Translations under genes and position numbers: made by a program
Shown here: positions 36,066-48,879 of the stretch, in pieces
How the letters are laid out: each line of letters opens with the position of its first letter
How positions within the stretch are numbered: the first letter of the stretch is position 1
Source of the DNA: Eledone cirrhosa
Lineage: Eukaryota
Reading direction: 5' to 3'
Assembly (NCBI GenBank): GCA_964016885.1
Contig: OZ024742.1
Location: 289,726,001 to 289,790,000 of the forward strand
Length of the DNA: 64,000 nucleotides
Notes under the pieces: generated by a model
Database searches by the model: none
The model's input: the letters and a program-made list of their open reading frames with translations, nothing else
Told to the model about the DNA's origin: nothing

Positions 36066-36791
36066 CTGGGACGACATGATAAATTCCGACCTCACACGCT
36101 TACACCTCTCCAAGACAATGTCACTGGACCGAGACCTTTGGCGGTACTCAGTAATAGAGAAGACCCGCCTTACCTAAATACAAAGTAAAAACCTACTACA
36201 GTCAGTAGGCATCTCTATCAAAACACACCCCCGTCCCACCACCTCCACCCCATCCACACCGCCCCTTTCAATGTAAAGTTATGTTGGTCCCACAACATCC
36301 AGGCCGAAACAAATGAGATCGTGTAGGTGTCACGAAAAAAACACACAGTCCACGCTGTAAATGTGGCCGTGTAGGCAACACGGTAAAAACCTCCTAGCCC
36401 CACACTGTAAATGTGGTTGGTGTTAGGAAGGGCATCCAGCTGTAGAAAACCCGCCAGACAGTCCACGCTGTAATGTGGCCGTGTAGGCAACACGGTAAAA
36501 ACCTCCCAGCCCCACACTGTAAATGTGGTTGGTGTTAGGAAGGGCATCCAGCTGTAGAAAACCCGCCAGACAGTCCACGCTGTAATGTGGCCGTGTAGGC
36601 AACACGGTAAAAACCTCCCAGCCCCACACTGTAAATGTGGTTGGTGTTAGGAAGGGCATCCAGCTGTAGAAAACCCGCCAGACAGTCCTATGCGAGCAAG
36701 ACAACCACTCTTGCCTCAAGTGGGAAAACCCCCGTCCAAACCCATGCAAGCGTGGAACACGGACGCTAAACTCGATGATGATGATGATGAT
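36066..36791 (+). mobile_element. RTE 3' fragment with a ~112-bp triplication in the 3' UTR
   Basis: cagtccacgctgtaa...ccgccaga starts at 36346, 36459 and 36571. Confidence 0.9.
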
Positions 36792-36806
36792 TATATATAT
36801 ATATAT

Positions 36807-36872
<66 letters not shown>

Positions 36873-36887
36873 ATATATTATATATAT

Positions 36888-36921
<34 letters not shown>

Positions 36922-36922
36922 T

Positions 36923-37100
36923 ATAGGAACCAGTAAGACCCCGACAGCTGAGCTCAAGCCGTTTCGACGGCTAATTCGAAACGGCTTGAGCTCAGCTGTC
37001 GGGGTCTTACTGGTTCCTATTACCCACTCTACTACCTCAAGTATTGAGTACTTTGGTGCGTTATGGTCCACCTGGTTCCTTACCACATTTCCTTCGTTAT
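36923..37100 (+). mobile_element. Fold-back element containing the 3' half of an HHR
   Basis: Perfect ~45-bp arms; GAAA cggcttgagctcagct GTC ggggtc. Confidence 0.7.
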
Positions 37101-37242
37101 ATATATTATATATATATATAATATATATATATATATATTATATATATATATAATATATATATATATATTATATATATATATAATATATATATATATATAA
37201 TATATATATATATTATATATATATATAATATATATATATTAT

Positions 37243-37337
<95 letters not shown>

Positions 37338-37349
37338 TTAATATAGATG

Positions 37350-37400
37350 AGATTCTACAGGACTAGAACTGTTTCATTCTTTAGAAATCATCAGGAATCT
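37350..37400 (-). ncRNA. Type-I hammerhead ribozyme (inverted twin of 42012-42062)
   Basis: agattc CTGATGA t-ttct-aa-agaa-t GAAA cag-ttctagtc-ct GTA gaatct. Confidence 0.85.
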
Positions 37401-37575
37401 GGGTATCAAAAAATAAATATGGTATTTATAGGTCTCTACAAGTGGTAGGAGAGGGTGGGGAGTGGGATGGGTGTAGGTCATTGGTTGATAGAAAAGGGAA
37501 TTCATTAAAAGCTAATTCTACAAAGCTATAGTTTATTTTTATTTTTATTTATTTATTTTTTTTTTTTTTTTTTCT

Positions 37576-37860
37576 TCCTTCAGAAGACCGGACAAATCAA
37601 ATCAGACAACACTCGCCTCCTACGTTTGGGACCTCAAAAGGAACTCCACCCCCTTCACGCTTAAATAGAAAATACTCCAGAAAGCGCGCTCTTACAACGG
37701 AGGACACAAGGGCTGCGACCTTTGTATTTCAGAGAGCTACGAAATTTTATTAGCCAAGGGCCCGCTACTGAACAAACTCTCTGAACACTGCCCGAACTGC
37801 ATGCACAAGAACTTTGCAACTTTCAAACACTTTAAGCCAGTGTTAAAGCCCGATGGCTAA
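37576..37860 (+). pseudogene. Penelope-like element GIY-YIG endonuclease C-terminal remnant
   Basis: SFRRPDKSNQTTLASYVWDLKRNSTPFTLK*KILQKARSYNGGHKGCDLCISESYEILLAKGPLLNKLSEHCPNCMHKNF (the stop falls at the W of the KWKI motif). Confidence 0.7.
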
Positions 37861-38242
37861 AAACGACCTCCCCCTATTACCCCTATACCTCCTTCCCACC
37901 CTACCCCCACCCCTCCTCAACCTGAAATACGGCCACTATGGTTATGTGAGTACCTCTTTCCTATCTACATTTTCTGCCTGTAGAGGTGTTTTTATGTGCC
38001 TGCGTATATGCGTATATTTATTGAGTACTTATTTATTTGTATGTGTATATATTTGTGTGTATGTGTGTATATGTATGTGTATGTATATATATATATATAT
38101 ATATCTATGTGTGTATATGTGTTTTATGTGTATATTTATGTATGTATATATGGGTATATATGTATATATATGTGTATATATATATATATATATGTGTATG
38201 TATGTGTATGTGTATGTATGTATGTATATATGTGTATGTATG

Positions 38243-38276
<34 letters not shown>

Positions 38277-38412
38277 TATGTGTATGTGTGTATGTGTGTG
38301 TGTGTGTATATATATATGTGTGTATATATATATATATATGTGTATATATATATATATGTGTATATATGTGTATGTATGTGTATGTGTATGTATGTATATA
38401 TGTATATGTATG

Positions 38413-38446
<34 letters not shown>

Positions 38447-38505
38447 TATATGTGTATATGTGTATGTGTGTGTGTGTGTGTATATATATATGTGTGTGTG
38501 TGCAG

Positions 38506-38594
<89 letters not shown>

Positions 38595-38682
38595 ATAAAA
38601 AATTGAACAGGGACAGAACAGAGAGGCAGTATGACAAATGTTTATTAGATTCACGCTCAGGTGAGTGGGGGGTAGGTGGAGG

Positions 38683-38714
38683 ACGACGTTTCGGGCATAA
38701 GCCCTTCTTCAGGT
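38683..38714 (-). ncRNA. Minimal Penelope-type HHR core
   Basis: ac CTGAAGA a-gggc-ttat-gccc GAAA c GTC gt; stem I only ~2 bp. Confidence 0.6.
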
Positions 38715-39468
38715 AAGAGTTCAAAAGGTGTGTAGGGGAGTGGTGGAGAGACATATAACGAAAGGAAACGGTGCGAATGAAAAATTAACAAATAAAGACA
38801 AAAATATAATAAATAATAAATAAAAATAAAGCATGATCAAAATACAAGGAATGAGAACATTTTAAAATAAAGGCATGATCAAAATAAACTGATATTAAAA
38901 GGGGGGTAAACAGGTGGTGGAAGGGTGTGGGGTGAGTAGAGGTGGAGGCGGGTGGAGTGGGGAGAGGGAGACGGGGTGTCCGAGCGAGGAGGGCTGAAGG
39001 TGGTGTGTGTGGTTAGGTGTGCGTGTGTGTGTGTGTGTGTATGTGAAAGTGAGGGTTGGGGGAAGAACGGGGTTGCATGTTCAGGAAGGTGTGTGTGGAG
39101 GGTGTTTTTGTGTGTCGGAGGGTCTGTGCGTGTGTGGATAGGGGGTGGGGGGGGAGAGGAATCAGGGGGCTGAGGGTGTAAATATGTGGTGGGAAGCACG
39201 TGTGTGTGGTTTAAGCGTGTTGTGGGTGTGGGTGGCGTGTGGATAAAAAAAATATATACATATATATATATGTGCGTGAGAGAGAGTGTGTGTATATATA
39301 TTTGTGTGTGTGTGTGTGTGTATGTGTGTATGCGTGTATATATATGTATATATGTGTGTATATATGCGTATATATGTTTGTATATATGTGTATATTTATG
39401 TATATGTCTGTGTATGTATGTGTATATATGTATATATATAGATATATATATATATATATATTTATATA

Positions 39469-39963
39469 TGGGACGAGCTGATAAACTCCGACATCACACA
39501 CTTACACCTCTCCAAGACAATGTCACTGGACCGAGACCTTTGGCGGTACTCAGTAACAGAGAAGACCCGCCTTACCTAAATATATAGTAAAACCTACTCC
39601 AGCCAGTAGGCATCTCTAACAAAATACACCCCGTCCCACCACCACCACCCCCTACCCCGTTCTATGTAAAGTTATGTTGGTGCCGCGCCAACCAGGCCGA
39701 AACAAATGAGATCGTGTAGGTGTCACGACAAAAAAACACACAGTCCACGCTGTAATGTGGCCGTGTAGGCAACACGGTAAAAACCTCCCAGACCCACACT
39801 GTAAATGTGGTTGGTGTTAGGAAGGGCATCCAACTGTAGAAAACCTGCCAGACAGTCCTATGCGAGCAAGACAATCACTCTTGCCTCAAGTGGGACTACC
39901 CCCGTCCAAACCCATGCAAGCGTGGAACACGGACGTTAAATGTTGATGATGATGATGATGATG
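39469..39963 (+). mobile_element. RTE 3' fragment
   Basis: Starts TGGGACGAGCTGATAAAC; (ATG)n tail. Confidence 0.9.
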
Positions 39964-40222
39964 CATGTGTATGTGTGTGTGTGTCTGTGTGTATATATGT
40001 GTATATGTGTGTGTGTGTATATATGTGTGTGTATATGTATGTTTGTATATATATATATATATGTGTGTGTATGTATATATATATGTATATGTATATATGT
40101 ATATATATTTGTATATGTATGTATGTATGTATGTGCGTTTGTGTGTATGTATGTGTGTGTGTGTATATGTATATATGTGTATATATATTGTGTGTGTGTG
40201 TATGTGTATATGTATGTTTGTG

Positions 40223-40293
<71 letters not shown>

Positions 40294-40325
40294 ATATATG
40301 TGTATGTATTTGTGTATATATGTAT

Positions 40326-40921
<596 letters not shown>

Positions 40922-41142
40922 TATATATATATATATATGAATATATGTATGAATGGTGTATCTCTCTCTCTATATATATATATATTGCTAAAACAATCTC
41001 TATACCTCTCATTTATATATATATATATGTATGTATGGTGCTTTTTCCTTATATATGTGTATATGTGTGTGTGTGTGTATATATATATGTATGTGTATGT
41101 GTGTGTGTGTGTGTGTGTGTATATGTATATATTTGTTTATGT

Positions 41143-41178
<36 letters not shown>

Positions 41179-41231
41179 TTGTGTGTATGTGTGTGTATTT
41201 GTATATCTATATATATATGTGTATATGTATG

Positions 41232-41265
<34 letters not shown>

Positions 41266-41384
41266 ATATATATGTATGTGTATGTGTATGTATATGTACA
41301 CACATGTATATTTGTGTGTATGTATGTATGTGTGTGAGTGTATATATATGTGTATATATGTGTGTGTGTGTGTATATATATGTA

Positions 41385-41441
<57 letters not shown>

Positions 41442-42011
41442 ATATGTGTATATATAAATATATTTATATATGTGTGTGTGTTTTTATGTGTGTGTATGTG
41501 TGTTTATGGTTGCGCGCGAGTGTGTGAGTGAGTGTGTTTTTTTGTGAATGTGTCTGTTGATTTTTGGCATATAGTTGATTAGTTTAAGAGAAGTTCGAAG
41601 ATATTGTAAGATATGCACTCAGTATTTTGAATCTGTCTACAGAATTCTTTAAACCTTTGTCACTTAGTAGAACCTTAATGAATTTAGCTTTTAAAGAATC
41701 TCCCTTTCCTTTAATTCTATCTACCATGACTGACCCCCCCCCCCCCCACTGATCTTATAGACATCTGTTAGCTCAAGAGAAACTTAATGACAAGGAATGG
41801 CATGCCATCCGGAACCTTTTTATAGAATTCTGTCTGCCTTTGTTACTCTAAAAACAAAAATAAATAAAAATAAAAATAAACTATAGCTTTGTAGAATTAG
41901 CTTTTAATGAATTCCCTTTTCTATCAACCAATGACCTACACCCATCCCACTCCCCACCCTCTCCTACCACTTGTAGAGACCTATAAATACCATATTTATT
42001 TTTTGATACCC

Positions 42012-42062
42012 AGATTCCTGATGATTTCTAAAGAATGAAACAGTTCTAGTCCTGTAGAATCT
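42012..42062 (+). ncRNA. Type-I hammerhead ribozyme
   Basis: 6-bp stem I agattc/gaatct, CUGAUGA, GAAA, stem III ACAG/CTGT, GUA triplet. Confidence 0.85.
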
Positions 42063-42215
42063 CATCTATATTAAAACTTTTATACTCTGCAATGTATTGA
42101 GTACCTTACTTACTGTGGTTACCTCTGATTCAACCCGGAATAACGTATATATATATATATATATATATAAATATATATATATAATATATATATATATATA
42201 ATATATATATATTAT

Positions 42216-42249
<34 letters not shown>

Positions 42250-42322
42250 ATATATATATATAATTGTTTCTACTTTAGGCACAAGGCCAGCAATTACCCA
42301 ATATATAATATATATATATAAT

Positions 42323-42354
<32 letters not shown>

Positions 42355-42367
42355 ATATATATATATA

Positions 42368-44086
42368 ATTTCTGATATTTGATTTAGGATTTTAATTTTT
42401 ATTTCCAACTCTCACTCTTAACTTCCAACGTAAAACCATGATACCTAGAATAAGTTTATTTTCCCTAATAAGGTGATGGTCAGTCGTATCGTCAACGCTT
42501 AGTGAGGGGTAGTATTATGACCTGTAAAAACTAACACTCTCCCATCCCCTCTGGCTCTCGGCTGACTGCCACAGCCGTGATGGGTAGCAGTAAAATATGG
42601 TACAGGCATTGGTGGGCCATTGTTTTGGATGACAGGGTGAACTGACTAAGCAAATTTTGTTGAAGTCTGCGGTAGCGAATGGTCAACTACCTTCGGACAT
42701 GCGCTTGCGCAGGCCGGTGGGGGTGAATTGGTACTCACAAGGGAGTGGATGAAAAACCCAAGAACACGCAATTCATCCGTTCCCTTGTCGATCCAATTTG
42801 GATTGCCTCGGAAACATAACCTTATTATGTAACAAGCTGTCTGATGATGACACGACACTCGCACACAGAACAGTGTGGCCAGTGTCGTCACTGAAATATA
42901 TATCACAGCATTATTATTAAAGGACTTGAACATCTGAAACTACTTCGCTTTTCCTTATTCGATATTTACTCCGTCACTCCTATGTGGAAAAAGTACGTTG
43001 AGTGCTTGAATTGAATTGCATCAATGTTTACCCTAATAATTTAGCTCCAATAGTTGAGCGCTTTACGATGTAACCGATATGGTGGAGAAGAGAGGAACCA
43101 ACCATAAGCTACCCCGGAAATTCCCTCTACCATGGGATGGAAACCCCTTACACTGGACGGACATAATATTAACTTTCGGCAGGATAAATACGTGGAAACA
43201 AATAATAGGATTAACCCCTATTTTCCTGCACCAAATCACACTTGAACAGAGGCCCCCTCAATTCAATCTATACATGGACAGATGGACAATCATATGGATC
43301 ATATATGTACTCTGTGTTTTTGCATTTATTCACTGTTGGTTCTGTTCTTTTCTTTTGTGTACTTTATGTCTGTTTTTCTTTGATTTTGTTCCATGTGATG
43401 GAAATTAGGACTGTGTACCAGATTCACTAATGCTTGGAGCCCTGTAGTTATAATGTACGACACCGTCATTCAATATGTGGATAGAGTAACTGTGACACTA
43501 GAATCCCTCTCAGAACATATTACTTAAACACCTCTCTCCATATTATTTACTCACTTCAGTCTATATTTTTACTCACCTCAATCCGAATTATCACCTGAAA
43601 AGAATTTTTTTAATTCTTTTTTTTAATTCTTTAATTTCTAATTGTTAATTTCTTAATTGTTTAATTTATAATTTCTGATATTTGATTTAGGATTTTAATT
43701 TTTATTTCCAACTCTCACTCTTAACTTCCAACGTAAAACCATGATACCTAGAATAAGTTTATTTTCCCTAATAAGGTGATGGTCAGTCGTATCGTCAACG
43801 CTTAGTGAGGGGTAGTATTATGACCTGTAAAAACTAACACTCTCCCATCCTCTCTGGCTCTCGGCTGACTGCCACAGCCGTGATGGGTAGCAGTAAAATA
43901 TGGTACAGGCATTGGTGGGCCATTGTTTTGGATGACAGGGTGAACTGACTAAGCAAATTTTGTTGAAGTCTGCGGTGGCGAATGGTCAACTTCCTTCGGA
44001 CATGCGCTTGCGCAGGCCGGTGGGGGTGAATTGGTACTCACAAGGGAGCGGATGAAAAACCCAAGAACACGCAATTCATCCGTTCC
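42368..44086 (+). mobile_element. 1303-nt tandem unit with HHR (second unit cut by the assembly gap)
   Basis: 42368-42786 is repeated at 43671-44086. Confidence 0.75.
42836..42909 (+). ncRNA. Type-I hammerhead ribozyme with extended stem II
   Basis: gctgt CTGATGA tgacacgacact...agtgtcgtcact GAAA tatat ATC acagc. Confidence 0.8.
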
Positions 44087-44286
44087 NNNNNNNNNNNNNN
44101 NNNNNNNNNNNNNNNNNNNNNNNNNNNNNNNNNNNNNNNNNNNNNNNNNNNNNNNNNNNNNNNNNNNNNNNNNNNNNNNNNNNNNNNNNNNNNNNNNNNN
44201 NNNNNNNNNNNNNNNNNNNNNNNNNNNNNNNNNNNNNNNNNNNNNNNNNNNNNNNNNNNNNNNNNNNNNNNNNNNNNNNNNNNNNN
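44087..44286. other. Assembly gap (200 N)
   Basis: Run of N. Confidence 1.
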
Positions 44287-44420
44287 AGCTGAGTATACTG
44301 GAGCAATGTGAAATGAAGTGTTTTGCTCAAGAACACAACACACAAACCAGCCCAGGAATCAAACCCATTATTATTATGATCGCGAGTCCAACGTCCTTAC
44401 CACTAAGCCACACACCTTCA
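44287..44420 (-). mobile_element. tRNA-headed SINE 5' part (old)
   Basis: gtgtggcttagtggtaagg...tgtgttcttgagcaaaacacttc on the minus strand. Confidence 0.7.
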
Positions 44421-44439
44421 TCTATATGAAGTACAGAAT

Positions 44440-45097
44440 GGATACACAAGAATTGTAGTAGGATAGCTGACAAACTAACAGAAAAGGTAGACTTTGTAAG
44501 GAGCAGATGGACAGAGATAATTAGTAATAAGAGCATCAGTAAAATAAACTTTTTCCAATTGCAGGAAGAATCCATAGAAGTGGATGACAGCTCCTGCGAC
44601 CAAAGTGAGCTAATTAGCTACCAAAGTGATCTAATTAGCAATGGAGAAGGTTGCTTTGAGAGAATAGTAACTAGAATAACATTCAGATGGAAAAGGTTCA
44701 GGGAGTTACTACCTCAATTGACAACAAAAGATTTCTCTCTACAAACAAAATGCTGGTTGAATGATGCCTGTGTAGAATACACAATATTGCCTGGTACTGT
44801 GGCAGCTAATGCACAGAAAATATGAAAGTTGGAGAGAAATGAAGCAAGCATGTTTTGATGGATGTGGCAATGTTAATGATGGATAAGCTGAGAGAAAAGT
44901 TGGGTGTATGCGGAATCAGATGTGGTGTGGAGGAGAGAAAACTGTGATGGTATGGATGTGTGATGCATGTGAATAATGATCATTGAGTGAAGAAATACCA
45001 AGAAATCACAATAGAAGAAAGTTGCAGCAGAGGAAGACCAAGGAAGACCTGAACAGAAGTTGTGAGAGTTGATCTCAAATCAATGATGATGATGATG
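44440..45097 (+). mobile_element. Old RTE 3' fragment
   Basis: WKRFRELLPQLTTKDFSL; (ATG)n tail; a second old tail follows at ~45200-45492. Confidence 0.8.
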
Positions 45098-45707
45098 CTA
45101 TATTTTAAATATTTAATAGATATGATACACTATTTAAATTATCTGATATATGGTATTTAAAATATCTTATATATTTTACAATGTACTGTATTTTAAGTAT
45201 GTCATCAAAAAGCATCCAGTCCACCCTGTAAGGTGGTCATGCTGGTGACATGACAAAATGCACCCAGTCCACTCTGTTAAGTGGTTGTTTCAGTGAACAA
45301 TAAAAAGCACCAAGTCCACACTGTAATGTGGTTGGCATTAGGAAGGGCATCCAGCTGTAGAAAGCAAGCCAAAATACAGATTAGTATGAGCAAGACATGG
45401 TCACCTGACCTGAATTGTCTCATGTGATAACCCGTCTAATGCATGCAAGTGTGGAAAATAGATATTAAATGATGATGATGATGATGATGATGACAATGAG
45501 ATGATATACTGCATTTAAAATACCTGATATATATGACATATTATATTAAAAATATCGGACATACAAAGCAACATCGTGCAATTAAAATATAAGACAAACA
45601 TGCTGTATTGAAAATATCTCATGTGAGATGCTGTATTGAAAATGTCTGATATAAAATGATATAGAGTATTTAACATAGCTAATAAGATATGTAATAAATC
45701 AACATAC

Positions 45708-45874
45708 TGCATTGAAAATGTCTGATATTTCGTTGTTTTCCTTGAAGGAAACTTTATTTCTCGTTGAAAGAGTTTCAAAGGATTCATCATTTTCAGTTGA
45801 GCTTTTTGTTGGAACATATGTATCTGGTCCATCAGTTTTGAAATCTATTGTAGCATATGGGTCTTCTAGTTTAT
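45708..45874 (-). CDS. ANKRD26: Exon; (D)KLEDPYATIDFKTDGPDTYVPTKSSTENDESFETLSTRNKVSFKENNEISDIFNA
   Basis: 167 bp, acceptor tttttatttctcag, donor gtatgt; phase 1 start fits the previous exon; frame open. The donor position is less certain. Confidence 0.7.
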
Positions 45875-46529
45875 CTGAGAAATAAAAATAGAAAATGTTT
45901 AATTACCATAGAGATATTTGTGTTAAAATTTTTCTGATATTAATATTCAATCTTTTTGATACCAACCTACCTGAAACCATCCCTGGTTCTATGATATAAA
46001 ACTCTTTATTTCAAAGTATTTGGTCATTACCCAAGATTTATAACCATAGGTAAGGGTTGGCACAAATAATGAATTGAAAATAGCGAGTTTGTCTTTTACA
46101 CCTACCACCTTTCTTCTGATTACCGAATGCTGAAGCTGGTGGAAAAGTTAAAGTATCTTAGGGCTATGTTCATGAGTGATGGAAGACAAGAGGATGAATT
46201 AAATGTAAGAATTAAAGATAGAATGTTACTTACCAAAATCTTCACTATCAGATGACTTGGGAACAAACTTAACAAGACTTACACGCATCTGGCCCTAAAA
46301 CATAAGAAAGATGTATATATAATATTATATAACGTATCCTTTTATTCTTTTACTAATTTCAGTCATTAGACAGCAGCCAAGCTAAGACACTACTTTCAAG
46401 GGATTTAGTCTTTTATATCAATTCCAGTAAATATTTTTTCATTAATCTCTTTTTATCGAACAGCTAAGAAGTCACAAGACACTAAATGTAGACACAGACA
46501 GGCACACTCATACATACATATATATAATT

Positions 46530-46960
46530 ATCATCATCAATGTTTAACATCTATTTTCCATACTTGAATGGATTAGACAGGTTGTCATGTACTGAAGCTA
46601 GACAGGTTGTCATGTACTGAAGCTAGACAGGTTGTCATGTACTGAAGCTAGACAGGTTGTCATGTACTGAAGCTAGACTGGTCATGTGACCGTGTATTGC
46701 TCATATGCCCCATTTTAGGCTTGGTTTCTATAGATGGATGTTCTTCCTAATGCCAACCATTTTACAGCATGCACTGGAAGCATTTTATCATGGCCCTAGC
46801 ACTACCACCTTATGAGGCTTTTTCATGAGACCAGCACTACTGCCTTACAGTATGAACTGAGTACTTTTATTGTGTTACCAGCACTACCCCTTTAAAGAGT
46901 GGGCTGGGTGCATTTTTATCATGGCACCAGCACTGGGGAGGCATTGATGAGGGAGGGTTG
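46530..46960 (-). mobile_element. Old RTE/SINE tail with an internal 25-bp x4 tandem (46575-46678)
   Basis: catcatcaatgtttaacatc...ggatgttcttcctaatgccaacc. Confidence 0.65.
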
Positions 46961-47886
46961 GATTGTCATACCCCCATGGGAGAGGGAGTATCGAGTCTTG
47001 AAGTTGGCCTAGAAAGAGAGTTGCATATGGTGCTATATTATGAGGCATGGTCGAACATGAAAATAATAATCGTGGTGGTGGTAGTGATGATGATGATGGT
47101 GGTGTTAGTGATGATGGTGGAGGCTAGTGGCAGTGGTGGTGATGAAGATGAAATAAAAGAACTAACATACCTTATCATCAGTTGTAATGCTAATGTCTGT
47201 GTCATCTCCCCAACAATCAGAACCTGTGTCTTTGGTGTGACTGCCATGGCTGGAGATGGTAGCAGTCTCTTCTGCAGAATCTTTTGGAACAGATAGAGAT
47301 AGATAGAGAGATATAGAACTATCACAAGAGAGAGAGATAGTAGTAGTAGAAAGAGAGAGAGAGGGGTAGTAGTAGAGAGAAAGACAGATATATATATATA
47401 TGTATAAAACTATCACAGACACAAGGAGAGTGAAAGATAGAAATAGATGGAGAGAAAGGGAGACTAGTAGAGAGACAGAGAGAGATATATAGAGCTATTA
47501 TATATGAGAGAAAGAGAGAGAACCATCACGGAAAGAGACAGAGAAAAAGACAGGAGGGAGTAAGAGAGAGACAGAGAGAGGGAAAGGCAGGAGAGAGTAA
47601 AAGAGAGACAGAGAGAGGGAAAGACAGGAGGGAGTAGTAGAGAGACAGATGATGTAGCAGTCTTTTCTGCTGAATCTTCAAGAATAGGACAATATAGAAA
47701 TAGGTAGAGAGAGAGATTTATTACAGAAGCAGACAAAGAAAGAGATTGCACTGATCTCCACTGTAAAATCTTCTGGAAGAAAGAACCATCAGACACAGAG
47801 ACAGGCAGGCAAAGTGAGCGAGAGAGATGATGATGATGGTACACCATTTCAATTTCAATATATCTGTACCACAAACCATTACTCAC

Positions 47887-48132
47887 CAATATTCTTAGAC
47901 TGTTTCAAGATCTGAAGTGGTTGGTGGCCAGGACTCATACTTGCTTGTCTTTTAGAAACCGCCAAACCACTGCCAGACTGTTTCATTGCATTACTAGTAA
48001 CAAAAGTGCCACTTTCATCTAAATCTATCGTATCGTCGGAACTTTGGAACTTCTGAGATTTTTGATAATTTTCCAGCAGAAGAACACAGGAATTGTAACC
48101 CTTTATCAGAGCATGATCACTGGCAGTCCAAC
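47887..48132 (-). CDS. ANKRD26: Exon; (G)WTASDHALIKGYNSCVLLLENYQKSQKFQSSDDTIDLDESGTFVTSNAMKQSGSGLAVSKRQASMSPGHQPLQILKQSKNI
   Basis: 246-bp open exon, tttatttttag / gtgagt; phase 1 to 1. It completes the last ankyrin repeat (KDSNGWTASDHA), resembling the ANKRD26-family terminal repeat from memory. Confidence 0.88.
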
Positions 48133-48169
48133 CTAAAAATAAATTCAGAATTACTGAAGGTGAGCAGTC

Positions 48170-48680
48170 AAAGTCGTTCTTGGGTAATTAGCATTCTTGG
48201 CTAGTCCTACAATATGCTCTTGGGTATTCAGTACTCTAAGTTAACCCTACAATGTGTGTCTGCGTATTTAGCATGCTTTGCCTGACAATGTGTGTCTGCG
48301 TATTTAACATGGTTTGCCTGACTATTTAGCAGCCTAGGCTTGCCCTACAATGTGCACCTGTGCATTTAGCATGCTAGGCTGACCCTACAATGTGCACCTG
48401 GATATTCAGCACCTTAAATTATCCCTTCAATGTGAGCCTGGGTATTCAGCACTCTTGGCTAGCTCTACAGTGTACCTGGGTATTCATCACCGTTGGCTAG
48501 CTCTACAATGTGTGCCTGGTTATTCAATACCCAAGGCTAGCCCTACTAAGTGCACCTGAATATTCAGCATCCAAAGCTAGCCTTAGAATATGTGCCTTGG
48601 TATTTAACATCCTAGGCTAGCTCCACAATATTTACCTGTGTATTTAGCACCCTAGGTCAACCCTACAATGTACACCCTGT
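48170..48680. repeat. Degenerate ~39-bp tandem repeat (gccctacaatgtgcacctgggtattcagcaccctaggcta)
   Basis: About 12 diverged copies. Confidence 0.75.
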
Positions 48681-48879
48681 TCTCCAGTTATGTGACCTAA
48701 TTTCCCAAAATAAAATAATTTCAATTTACAGTTTGGTAAGGTGACAAACCTAGTTTTTGGCACGTCTTGCTATGACCACACTAAGAAAATTACTATGTCT
48801 GCATTTTTCCACAACACAGTCCACACTTACCTATGCCAAATCATATTACAGGTTGCAATACCAAACAACCCTTTCCACA

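Noticed and set aside
42811-42835. Second HHR 3' half (GAAAcataa...ttatGTA acaa) next to the 42836 HHR
   Set aside because: No convincing CUGANGA with matching stems upstream.
46958-47889. ORFs in the GA-rich and GTG/GAT-rich region
   Set aside because: Low-complexity intronic sequence without a consistent splice phase or domain.
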